Notes: generated by a model not told the origin, from the sequence alone. DNA of 64,000 nucleotides from a candidate division WWE3 bacterium (GCA_052035175.1 JBPOHV010000001.1:523338-587337), one strand, 5' to 3'. Shown: positions 28,689 through 36,328, counted from the stretch's first letter. A program made the numbers and translations.

Positions 28689-29558
28689 ATGGGAAAGCTA
28701 ACCCCTTTAAGTACAGAAGATCAAAAAATGATAGAGAGTCTTGCGGAGTTTGTCGATGATGTCAAAAACAACTTATGTAGTAAAACAATCTACATAAATG
28801 CACTTAAGCCCAAACAATTTTTTATACTTTCTATGTATGCGGCAGTAAATAGCTATACCGAAGCTATACACGACTTATGCAAGTTAAGACGCCCTGAAGC
28901 AGCCATTGTAATACTCAGGTCCATAACAGAAGCTTGGATTAACTCAGTGTATATCTTAAGTTCCACAAATGACCGGGCACTACATCATTATGCTCTGGAA
29001 GGATCGTATAATAAGAAGTCTCTAGTACAACAATTTAGGGAGTTTTACGAGAAATATCCAAAACTTAGAACAGCTGTTCTAACGGATGAAGCCTTAATGA
29101 AAATGGAGGCTATCGCAATGCAAGAACTGCAAAATTATAAAGTAAAAATTAATATAGATTATGCAAACAAGAACGAGTTTAAAGATGTATGGGGCGACTT
29201 GTATAAAAGATCTGTTTGGTCTGACACCCGCTTGAAAAAACGCCAGAAAGATAAAGCCGGAGGTATAGAACATACTTATATGCTTGTATATAGATATTTG
29301 TCTGACTATACCCATTTATCTGTAACTGGTTTGGAGCATTTTTGGACAAAGGATACACATGGTAGTCGTTACCTTACACTGGACAAAAACCCGGAAAAAT
29401 TAGATATGATACTCGCCACAAATTACAGTTTATACCTCTACTTTGCAGCAAAACTGAAGCAATATAATCTGATTGATAGTTCTTTGTCTAAATACACAAA
29501 TTTCTTCGATAAAAACATTTTGAAGAAAAACAAACAAACAGCGCCTGATATTACATAA
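28689..29558 (+). CDS. Hypothetical protein (element cargo); possible HEPN-like Rx6H motif near the C-terminus
   Basis: 289-aa ORF. RYLSDYTH fits the Rx4-6H pattern. Otherwise there are no motifs. Confidence 0.4.
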   Translation: MGKLTPLSTEDQKMIESLAEFVDDVKNNLCSKTIYINALKPKQFFILSMYAAVNSYTEAIHDLCKLRRPEAAIVILRSITEAWINSVYILSSTNDRALHHYALEGSYNKKSLVQQFREFYEKYPKLRTAVLTDEALMKMEAIAMQELQNYKVKINIDYANKNEFKDVWGDLYKRSVWSDTRLKKRQKDKAGGIEHTYMLVYRYLSDYTHLSVTGLEHFWTKDTHGSRYLTLDKNPEKLDMILATNYSLYLYFAAKLKQYNLIDSSLSKYTNFFDKNILKKNKQTAPDIT

Positions 29559-29624
29559 CTTACTTGTACTAATATCCAACCACTAAATTATGAGTTCAAG
29601 GATCATTTCTGATAGCAGGTCTAG

Positions 29625-29897
29625 GCTGTCGAAATCACCTCTACCCGAGAGAGCTTCGATCCCCACCGCCCTCACCATTTAAACAAATTATTCCATGTAC
29701 CCCGCATAAAGGCTGGGCAAAAAACCACAACATGGAGACTATTTGACGACAAAGATTTAAAAGTAAACGATGAAATTGAACTCATAAGCCGACCAGACCT
29801 TAAAACATTCGCAGTTGCAAAAATATTGGAAATTACTGAAAAACCAGAAAATACTTTGGTAAAAGTACTAAAGTTTAAAATATCAAAATTTCTATAA
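29625..29897 (+). pseudogene. ASCH/PUA-like ORF with no start codon, reading through DR-R (possible gene remnant or non-canonical start)
   Basis: Open frame ...IKAGQKTTTWRLFDDKDLKVNDEIELISRPDLKTFAVAKILEI...KFL*. The G-x-K-T-x-E-x-R...V-x-D-x-I pattern resembles the ASCH N-terminus. There is no ATG, GTG or TTG in frame after the upstream stop. Confidence 0.3.
29658..29694 (+). repeat. Direct repeat DR-R (attR-like): degenerate tRNA-Lys 3' end plus the identical 17-nt flank
   Basis: gatccccaccgccctcaccatttaaacaaattattcc differs at 2 of 37 positions from DR-L. The sequence upstream of it does not fold as a tRNA. Confidence 0.7.
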
Positions 29898-30299
29898 ATC
29901 TCTTGAAAAAGTTATTACAAAACCAGCAGCAAGTATCAATAGATTTTTAACAATGTACTGACCTGCCAAAGTCAACACCATAAAACCTGACCATGCATAT
30001 TCTGGCAGAATAATAAGAGGTAATGCAGTAGTAAAGATATGAATTAACATTAAGTAGAAAGCGTACTTTTCAGCTTTCTTAACCAAAAATAATATACCAA
30101 GAAAACATTCGAATAAAGCAAACAACAAATAAAACACATTAAAAGGCACAAGCCAAGCCAAAGTCATTGTAAACAATGCATGTACCAGTTCTTCGGCAGG
30201 GCTGAGATTTAAAACTTTCAAAAGTCCAAACCAAAAGTAAATAATAAAGAGTGAAATTTTACAAAACCACACTATATTAATATTTATTCTTTTTTCCAT
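29892..30299 (-). CDS. DoxX-like small membrane protein
   Basis: 135 aa with 4 predicted TM helices and a DoxX-like hydrophobic pattern. Confidence 0.4.
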   Translation of the reverse strand: MEKRININIVWFCKISLFIIYFWFGLLKVLNLSPAEELVHALFTMTLAWLVPFNVFYLLFALFECFLGILFLVKKAEKYAFYLMLIHIFTTALPLIILPEYAWSGFMVLTLAGQYIVKNLLILAAGFVITFSRDL

Positions 30300-30328
30300 A
30301 TATTAATTTTATATGAAAAATCAAACTA

Positions 30329-31189
30329 CTACAAAGGATTAACTTGTGGTTTTGATGCCAAATAAGTACCTACTGCAACTATGCAACAGCATACTATAAA
30401 TATGAAGCTTATACTTTCGCGTAATATGAGAATATCAAAGATCAAAGCTATCGGAAATTGAATGTATTGAGAAAGTCCAGCAAAGAATGCTGTGGTATTT
30501 GAAATGCCATATTGATAAAGTACAAAAGCGGCGATAGTGCCGCCCAATACTAAATATAGCAACGCTAAATATGCAAAAATAGGCGTACTAAATACAAATG
30601 TATGTGTAGTAGTGAGAGCATAAATTGAAAAGACTATTAAATTACCCAACATAGTCGCAAACGCCAGCTCATAAGCTGTAGAGACAAATCTTTGTTTGCG
30701 AGAATATATTATTTGGAACGAGGTGAGTAATGAGGCTATAACAATTAAACCCATTCCTAATACACTAGGATCATCAAATATCAATGATTTATCTTTTTGA
30801 AATACCAAATAAATAATTGCAGAAAAGGACATAGCCAAACCAACTATTTGAATAAAACTTATTTTTTCTTTTAGGTAACCGCTAGAAATAAAAGCAGTAA
30901 AAACTGGGGTAAGTGTTAAAAGTAATTGCACATGCGAGGCTTGAGAAATCTTGAGTCCTTGCATCAAAAAAACAAATGATAAAGCAGAAAAACCTGAAAC
31001 ATATATAGAAGACTTGATACCTGTCCATGTAAGGCGTTTATAAAATAAAATATAAAATACTAAAGTAGCGAAAAAGAATCGTAAAAACATCAATTGTGAG
31101 ATAGAAAAATAAGCCAGATTATACTTGAGAAAAACTACATTTAAAGCTAATAAAACCGATGCGAGTATAACAGCAAGCTTTCCTGACAT
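30329..31189 (-). CDS. DMT superfamily (EamA-like) transporter
   Basis: 286 aa with ~10 TM helices arranged as two repeated 5-TM halves. Confidence 0.5.
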   Translation of the reverse strand: MSGKLAVILASVLLALNVVFLKYNLAYFSISQLMFLRFFFATLVFYILFYKRLTWTGIKSSIYVSGFSALSFVFLMQGLKISQASHVQLLLTLTPVFTAFISSGYLKEKISFIQIVGLAMSFSAIIYLVFQKDKSLIFDDPSVLGMGLIVIASLLTSFQIIYSRKQRFVSTAYELAFATMLGNLIVFSIYALTTTHTFVFSTPIFAYLALLYLVLGGTIAAFVLYQYGISNTTAFFAGLSQYIQFPIALIFDILILRESISFIFIVCCCIVAVGTYLASKPQVNPL

Positions 31190-31232
31190 TTATAGAGTTT
31201 AAATAGGTTTGAAGTAATTGTATAGAAGTTTT

Positions 31233-31241
31233 TGGTACAAT
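31233..31241 (+). promoter_or_regulatory. Extended -10 element (TGgTACAAT) upstream of tRNA-Leu(CAG)
   Basis: TGn + TACAAT lies 12 nt upstream of the tRNA 5' end. Confidence 0.35.
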
Positions 31242-31252
31242 CACAATGCTCA

Positions 31253-31338
31253 GCCAGAGTGGTGAAATGGTATACACGCTGTCTTCAGGTGGCAGTCTCC
31301 GCAAGGGGGTAAGGGTTCAAGTCCCTTCTCTGGCACCA
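31253..31338 (+). tRNA. tRNA-Leu (anticodon CAG), type II, CCA encoded
   Basis: Acceptor gccagag/ctctggc. Anticodon stem ctgtc/ggcag with loop ttcaggt. Long variable arm. T-arm aaggg-ttcaagt-ccctt. Confidence 0.85.
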
Positions 31339-31397
31339 TAGTGCAATATAAGATCAACCCTTTTGTAAGCTTAGTAACCTTAAACCCTCTAATTTTA

Positions 31398-31406
31398 TGC
31401 TAAAAT
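31398..31406 (+). promoter_or_regulatory. Extended -10 element (TGcTAAAAT) upstream of tRNA-Leu(GAG)
   Basis: TGn + TAAAAT lies 11 nt upstream of the tRNA 5' end. Confidence 0.35.
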
Positions 31407-31416
31407 ACTTTCGTAT

Positions 31417-31502
31417 GGGCGAGTGGTGAAATGGTATACACGCAACCTTGAGGTGGTTGTCCTCGAAAGGGGGTGGAGGTTCAAGTCCTCTCTCGCCCAC
31501 CA
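31417..31502 (+). tRNA. tRNA-Leu (anticodon GAG), type II, CCA encoded
   Basis: Acceptor gggcgag/ctcgccc. Anticodon stem caacc/ggttg with loop ttgaggt. Long variable arm. Confidence 0.85.
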
Positions 31503-31508
31503 AAAGAC

Positions 31509-31531
31509 AGGACCTGGTCAGACCAGGTCTC
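31509..31531. repeat. Repeat family B palindrome AGGACCTGGTCAGACCAGGTCTC
   Basis: Near-identical to 14462-14484. Lies between tRNA-Leu(GAG) and tRNA-Gly together with further processing-type hairpins (cgcgagag...ctctcgc). Confidence 0.6.
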
Positions 31532-31621
31532 ATGATAAAATTAGTTAGTTCGCGAGATACAACTAGGTTGTTCTTTTCGCGAGAGGAAGCAAAGCTTGCT
31601 CTCGCACTCGCTAACGCTCGT

Positions 31622-31696
31622 GCGAGAGTAGTTCAGTGGTAGAACGCTTCCTTGCCAAGGAAGAGGTCGCGGGTTCGATCCCCGTCTCTCGCTCCA
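31622..31696 (+). tRNA. tRNA-Gly (anticodon GCC), CCA encoded
   Basis: Acceptor gcgagag/ctctcgc. Anticodon stem cttcc/ggaag with loop ttgccaa. T-loop ttcgatc. Confidence 0.85.
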
Positions 31697-31699
31697 TAT

Positions 31700-32521
31700 A
31701 TGCACAAAGCATTTGAAACAACAGCACAAAAAGTCCAAGACACAATCGACCAAGTCTTTTTTTATAAAATGGGATATGAAGATGTAGGCTCGGCAATGGG
31801 TGATATTTTTGCACACGATGGTATCCACAAAGGCGCAGCTGTCAAAGCCTGTTTGTCTTTAATATATCAACTACTACCAGATAAACAGAAAGATTTAATA
31901 ACTGCTGAGTATACAAAAAACTTCCCTTTAGCGATTCAAAACAGCAATCTTGAGGCAATAGGTAGCGGTGGCGCCAATACTGTATTTCGAAATAGTAATC
32001 TGCCAGAAGCATATATTTTTTGTGTAAATAGAAATAATTGTAACTCTACTAAAGAAGCCTTTGAAGAAGCACAAACTATAAAAAACGATTATGCGCAAAT
32101 AAAAGAAATCTATGCAGAACTACCAGACCTTATTCCGTCAGAAGACTACTTCTTGGGAGAAAACAAAAAGAGACAACCGCTGGTCATGTCCATCAGAAGG
32201 TTTGTAGATGGAGATATAAAAGATATATTTACAGATTATACACAAGTAGAGTTAAAAGCACTGCTGTCAGAAAATCCTACGCTTGCACAGCAATTAAACA
32301 AATTTGTTGAAATAACCACAAGGAATAACGCTTTCTTTATACAAAACGAAGTAGATATTATTGGCAAGAAAAACTTAAGTATCGTTACAAATGGGAACAA
32401 TGCTCCAAATTTAGTTTTTTTGGATCCACATACCGTTGCAGAAAGACATCGAAATGACCAACATAAAGAAATTATTACACAAAGACTAGAATACCTAGAA
32501 AATATTATCAAACAGAGCTAG
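31700..32521 (+). CDS. Hypothetical protein
   Basis: ORF 31652-32521 with the start moved to the first ATG after tRNA-Gly (MHKAFETTAQ...). No recognisable motifs. Confidence 0.45.
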   Translation: MHKAFETTAQKVQDTIDQVFFYKMGYEDVGSAMGDIFAHDGIHKGAAVKACLSLIYQLLPDKQKDLITAEYTKNFPLAIQNSNLEAIGSGGANTVFRNSNLPEAYIFCVNRNNCNSTKEAFEEAQTIKNDYAQIKEIYAELPDLIPSEDYFLGENKKRQPLVMSIRRFVDGDIKDIFTDYTQVELKALLSENPTLAQQLNKFVEITTRNNAFFIQNEVDIIGKKNLSIVTNGNNAPNLVFLDPHTVAERHRNDQHKEIITQRLEYLENIIKQS

Positions 32522-32840
32522 TAACTGTTATTTCCAAAAACTCGTAATCAGGGTAAGCAAACGAAAAGTATTTAATCGGCATACTCAACTCCTCAGCCAG
32601 CTTTATTTCGGCAGCCACACCATCAGAAATCTCACCAAAAACCCATAATTCGTCGCTTCTGCGAATAAGTTCGTTATTTGCTGCAATAAGCCTGGCACGT
32701 TCAACAGTATCGAGCAAAAAGTATGAGTACATCATAAAAGCACACGTAGGAGTATAGTTATTTTCTATTATGAACTTGACGATATGTTCGCGCAGGTAAA
32801 AGTTTGTTTTACTCATTGCTGCAAAAACAACTCTATTCAT
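32508..32840 (-). CDS. Nucleoside 2-deoxyribosyltransferase-like / DUF4406-like small protein
   Basis: 110 aa. Motif WVFGEISDGVAAEIKLAEELSMPI resembles the E-x-G-x-A region of the NDT-like family. A distant paralog of the gene at 6629-7282 is possible. Confidence 0.35.
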   Translation of the reverse strand: MNRVVFAAMSKTNFYLREHIVKFIIENNYTPTCAFMMYSYFLLDTVERARLIAANNELIRRSDELWVFGEISDGVAAEIKLAEELSMPIKYFSFAYPDYEFLEITVTSSV

Positions 32841-32904
32841 TCTGCGCCAATTCTATCAATTTAAAACAAGCTATGGTAGTATTTTTATGTTAATTCGACC
32901 ATGT

Positions 32905-32980
32905 GGGGCGGTAGCCAAGGTGGTCAAGGCACCGGTCTGAAAAACCGGCTATGTGGGTCCGACTCCCACCCTCCCCACCA
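32905..32980 (+). tRNA. tRNA-Phe (anticodon GAA), CCA encoded
   Basis: D-arm with G18G19. Anticodon stem ccggt/accgg with loop ctgaaaa. T-arm gtggg-tccgact-cccac. Acceptor ggggcgg/cctcccc with one C·U mismatch at 5-68. Followed by the palindrome gttgttataacaac. Confidence 0.75.
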
Positions 32981-32987
32981 ATTGTTG

Positions 32988-33692
32988 TTATAACAACGAA
33001 TAGTACTGGTTATAAAAATTAATAAAATCACTAATACTTACCGTTTTGTTTTCAAATTTTTCTCTAATATTTTCCAATCTAATTTCATACTCTTTTTCGA
33101 GAACTTTTTCTTTAGGGTACATAAAATCAATGAAATCTATTGAATTTTGAATATATTTATTGAATATCTCTGCAAATTCCCACAATTTCTTTTTATCTAA
33201 ATTCTTATATTTATCCATATAGTCATAAAAAATGAAATGAAGCATTTCGTGAGCAATTATTGTTGTTGAAATGCCCTGTTGAATCGCACCAAAGAATAAC
33301 TGAAAACTCTTTTCCTTCTTAATAAGAGTATTTATATCGATTACAGATAGATAACAATTGTAGTCTCCTTCTGGAAACGAATGTCCCTCAAACACACTCT
33401 CACACAAATCAAGAAATATAACTTCTTTCTCTTTCCATAATCTTTCTGCCTTATTTTTAGCCTCTGACAATTCTTTTGTGTAGTCACTGTGAATCTTATT
33501 AATAGTATTCACCAATAATTCTTTTTCTTTTGACTGGGCATACTTATCTAGTGCGGGGTATTGCTCAATTAATCTTTCTCTTTTTTCAAAACCTCCTGAT
33601 TTATCCGGATTGCTAAAAAAGAAATCAGTGTAAATTATATCTAGTTGTTTACACCTTTCGTTTAGTACAAAAGTTACATTAGGTTTATACAT
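32988..33692 (-). CDS. Hypothetical protein with an HExxH motif (putative zinc metallopeptidase)
   Basis: 234 aa. The motif IIAHEMLHFIF is present. There is no tyrosine-recombinase signature, so this is not an integron integrase. Confidence 0.35.
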   Translation of the reverse strand: MYKPNVTFVLNERCKQLDIIYTDFFFSNPDKSGGFEKRERLIEQYPALDKYAQSKEKELLVNTINKIHSDYTKELSEAKNKAERLWKEKEVIFLDLCESVFEGHSFPEGDYNCYLSVIDINTLIKKEKSFQLFFGAIQQGISTTIIAHEMLHFIFYDYMDKYKNLDKKKLWEFAEIFNKYIQNSIDFIDFMYPKEKVLEKEYEIRLENIREKFENKTVSISDFINFYNQYYSLL

Positions 33693-33715
33693 ATTTATAT
33701 TCTACATTAACAAAA

Positions 33716-33746
33716 AAGTTCGCAACTTCATTCACGATAGACCACC
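33716..33746 (+). repeat. Cassette-boundary repeat R1 (31-nt left arm only): AGTTCGCAACTTCATTCACGATAGACCACCA
   Basis: Matches the first 31 nt of the 100-bp repeats at 34556 and 35425. Confidence 0.7.
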
Positions 33747-33979
33747 AAAGAAAATATGCTGGTATTTTGGCCAGCAGATTTTGTTTAATGAGAGTTAGGA
33801 ATTGAACCTGGGTCGACAATTCGAATGAAATGAGAATTGCAACGTTCTCGAACGAAGTGAGGGGTTGTTATTCTCACTCTTCCCACCATAGAAGCAAACA
33901 CTCGTTTTACCCTTTTATTACAAATATTTCGATTTTGGCTATAGTAGGTGAGAAATTGTTCTACTGATATAATGAATTT

Positions 33980-34552
33980 ATGAAAAAGCTTATGGCTGTA
34001 TTTATTATGGGAATTTTACTACTAGGATTTATTTTTCATAGAAAATCAGCCAGCTTTATAAAAATACCAGAGGAAACTCTTAATTCTCTTTGTTACGGAC
34101 TAGATGAATCCAGCTGTTTGGGTACAGAAGTTTGTAGACCAAAGTATGAACATATAGATCAAAATAAATGCCCAAAAGGAGAGTTTTGTACGACAGAGTA
34201 TAAACTACCTTATAAAAAGTTTCTCTATTGCGAAAAAATACCAAGTGATGAGTTATACTCCGCTAAGACTAATAAAAAATATTGTGTTGGTGAATATGCA
34301 ACATGGTCAGAAAATGAAAAACCAGGTAGGTGCTTTTGTGGATATACTGATTTTAGCAATGAACAAAGAGAATACCATGGTTATGTCGATTTTGTCGAAG
34401 GGTATGGGTGTATCACAGCAAGAGAACTTTGCGAAAAACTAAACGGTGTATTCGAACCCGACCCAAGCAATGCTTATGAGTGGTGTAACTATCCTGATGG
34501 CACTAGGGAGCACGTATATATTCCAGAAACCTCTAAAAAACTGGAACTATAA
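33980..34552 (+). CDS. Cysteine-rich secreted protein (cassette 1)
   Basis: 190 aa. N-terminal signal or TM segment. More than 14 Cys in the mature part, with repeated C-x-x-E/K-x-C spacing. Confidence 0.5.
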   Translation: MKKLMAVFIMGILLLGFIFHRKSASFIKIPEETLNSLCYGLDESSCLGTEVCRPKYEHIDQNKCPKGEFCTTEYKLPYKKFLYCEKIPSDELYSAKTNKKYCVGEYATWSENEKPGRCFCGYTDFSNEQREYHGYVDFVEGYGCITARELCEKLNGVFEPDPSNAYEWCNYPDGTREHVYIPETSKKLEL

Positions 34553-34555
34553 AAA

Positions 34556-34655
34556 AGTTCGCAACATCGTTCACGATAGACCACCATGAAATCCTCGCTG
34601 TCCTAGCAACATAATCCAATGGTTTACAATTTGATAGTGAGTGGGAAGTTGAACT
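34556..34655 (+). repeat. Cassette-boundary repeat R2: 100-bp imperfect palindrome ending in GTTGAAC (attC-like or MITE-like)
   Basis: Left end AAAGTTCGCAAC... and right end ...GTGAGTGGGAAGTTGAACTTT form an imperfect inverted repeat with bulged bases. Its 3' 80 nt are identical to R3. It exactly fills the gap between two convergent genes. Confidence 0.75.
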
Positions 34656-34658
34656 TTT

Positions 34659-35393
34659 TTATACAGATAGCAGTTTTAAAATATCTTCTTTTGATTTGGG
34701 TTTACCCTCTGATCCCAATAACCATAAGGCTTTATCAAACTCTAACCAACTTGTGTTTGTGTTCTTACAGGCAGTACTCCATAAAATCTTTGTAGTCATA
34801 ATATTTTTTTGTGACATAGTATCACTATCAACAAATCCCATTAAATAGGCTATACGTACATCATGAACATCAACTGGTGGCAACATCTCATTAACATCAA
34901 CGTATTTAAAATTAAATGTGTTAATCATTGTTCTAATGAAAAAGTTTCCAATTTTTGGCCCAAACCCCCTAAACTCCTTTATTCTTCTCTCAACATCCTT
35001 AACAAGTTCGGTATTCATTAGTATATTTAGTGGATTACCCTCGTATTTATCTAACAATACTTTTGAATTTATTGTGTATCGACGAACTGCTTCATTAATG
35101 TAACGAGGATGCAAATGAGATTTTAGAATTTCAGATAACCTTTGTTCTGGAATGCTCAATATATTATTGGGAGTGAAAAAAACCGGTATATCTTTAACTA
35201 GACTACGAGCACCTTCATACAAACGTTGTGATTTGGTTGCATAGTCTAGTTGAGTCACATAAAACAAAAATAATGCCCTAAACAGGTCGGTTCCACTAGG
35301 AGCTAAGTCCTCTGCATTTTTGTGACTACTAAATATTCCTTCATACTTTTCATAACCATTGGTTACTATAGTTACGAACTCCTCGGGTTTCAT
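34659..35393 (-). CDS. Hypothetical protein with a possible helix-hairpin-helix motif (cassette 2)
   Basis: 244 aa. FRGFGPKIGNFFIRTMI resembles the HhH G-h-G-x-K-h-A motif of HhH-GPD-type proteins. Weak evidence. Confidence 0.35.
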   Translation of the reverse strand: MKPEEFVTIVTNGYEKYEGIFSSHKNAEDLAPSGTDLFRALFLFYVTQLDYATKSQRLYEGARSLVKDIPVFFTPNNILSIPEQRLSEILKSHLHPRYINEAVRRYTINSKVLLDKYEGNPLNILMNTELVKDVERRIKEFRGFGPKIGNFFIRTMINTFNFKYVDVNEMLPPVDVHDVRIAYLMGFVDSDTMSQKNIMTTKILWSTACKNTNTSWLEFDKALWLLGSEGKPKSKEDILKLLSV

Positions 35394-35424
35394 GTATAAA
35401 TTATAGTCTTATTTTGTATAAAAT

Positions 35425-35524
35425 AGTTCGCAACTTCATTCACTATAGACCACCATGAAATCCTCGCTGTCCTAGCAACATAATCCAATGGTTTACAATT
35501 TGATAGTGAGTGGGAAGTTGAACT
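35425..35524 (+). repeat. Cassette-boundary repeat R3: 100-bp imperfect palindrome ending in GTTGAAC
   Basis: 96% identical to R2. Stems AGTTC/GAACT, AACTTC/GAAGTT and TCACTAT/ATAGTGA, with extrahelical GC, A and CCAC. Confidence 0.75.
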
Positions 35525-35545
35525 TTTTAGAGTTATACTAATAAC

Positions 35546-35992
35546 ATGCGTAAGAATTCAGATCGAAAGTCTCGCCCTAAGGTTGTATTAGTAAATCGTG
35601 CCATTGTATTAAATGAAAATAGAGAGATATTACTACTAAAAAGAACTGAAAGTGATTCATGGATGCCAGGAAAATGGGAACTACCAGGTGGCAAGTTAGA
35701 TCCCGGACAAGATATTTCTAATGCATTAGAAAGAGAGGTCCTAGAAGAGACTGGGTTGGTAGTAATTCCAACAGATAAAACTGCCTATTGGCATAGTGAA
35801 ATTATTTCATCAGGAAAATATAAAGGCTTGCCATATATTGTTCTTGTTGGCGTAGTAAAATCGTTAGGCGGGAAAGTAAAGCTTTCCGAGGAACATGAAG
35901 AGTTTTGCTGGACCGACGAAAATGATGTTTTTGATTATGATTTAGTTCTAGAAACTAGATCAGCGCTGACTGTATTGAGGGCTAAAATTTAA
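35546..35992 (+). CDS. NUDIX hydrolase (cassette 3)
   Basis: 148 aa. Nudix box GGKLDPGQDISNALEREVLEETG. Confidence 0.75.
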   Translation: MRKNSDRKSRPKVVLVNRAIVLNENREILLLKRTESDSWMPGKWELPGGKLDPGQDISNALEREVLEETGLVVIPTDKTAYWHSEIISSGKYKGLPYIVLVGVVKSLGGKVKLSEEHEEFCWTDENDVFDYDLVLETRSALTVLRAKI

Positions 35993-36003
35993 AAAGCTGC
36001 AAT

Positions 36004-36034
36004 AGTTCGCAACTTCATACACAATAGACCACCA
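36004..36034 (+). repeat. Cassette-boundary repeat R4 (31-nt left arm only) abutting the next start codon
   Basis: AGTTCGCAACTTCATACACAATAGACCACCA ends 5 nt before the ATG at 36040. Confidence 0.7.
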
Positions 36035-36039
36035 AATTT

Positions 36040-36276
36040 ATGTTAAATAAAAATGATTACCCAATAAACGAAGCAACATTTTACCTGCACAGATTGGCTA
36101 GAGGATTTGCTTGGGTTTTTCTCGCAACAGGTGTGGCTATAGTACCGTTAACAGCAATATTTCACCCAGAAGAACTAAAGACAAACATTACGGGTATTAC
36201 TCTAGGTACTCTATTAGCACTCAGCATATCTATGTGCCTATTTTATGCAACTAAAATCTTGAGTAAATTGAAATAA
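36040..36276 (+). CDS. Small membrane protein (cassette 4)
   Basis: 78 aa with two hydrophobic helices. Confidence 0.3.
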   Translation: MLNKNDYPINEATFYLHRLARGFAWVFLATGVAIVPLTAIFHPEELKTNITGITLGTLLALSISMCLFYATKILSKLK

Positions 36277-36328
36277 CAGTTGTCCAGCGCGCTACAAACC
36301 CATCTGCCTGTTATAATACCTATCGTAT

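Larger units (their letters stand above)
24002..29694. mobile_element. Putative integrative element (~5.7 kb) inserted at the 3' end of tRNA-Lys, encoding a large serine recombinase and cargo of unknown function
   Basis: Bounded by 37-bp direct repeats DR-L (23982-24018) and DR-R (29658-29694) that contain the tRNA 3' end. A recombinase gene lies at the left end. It includes GC-rich stretches that are atypical for the host DNA. Confidence 0.55.

Noticed and set aside
31652-31699. ORF start at 31652 for the 289-aa protein
   Set aside because: It would begin inside tRNA-Gly. The first ATG after the tRNA (31700, MHKAFE...) was used instead.
31448-31828. Three small ORFs (31448-31642 +, 31541-31828 -, 31611-31814 -) in the tRNA-Leu/tRNA-Gly cluster
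   Set aside because: They overlap tRNA genes and processing hairpins, and they have no coding signal.
32988-33692. Integron integrase adjacent to the cassette-like array
   Set aside because: The 234-aa protein lacks the tyrosine recombinase R-H-R-Y signature; it has an HExxH motif instead. No IntI candidate was seen within the window.
34556-35524. 100-bp repeats as a CRISPR array
   Set aside because: There are only two full and two partial copies, spaced ~770-880 bp apart with protein-coding genes between them. The repeats are long imperfect palindromes, not 25-40-bp direct repeats, and there are no cas genes.
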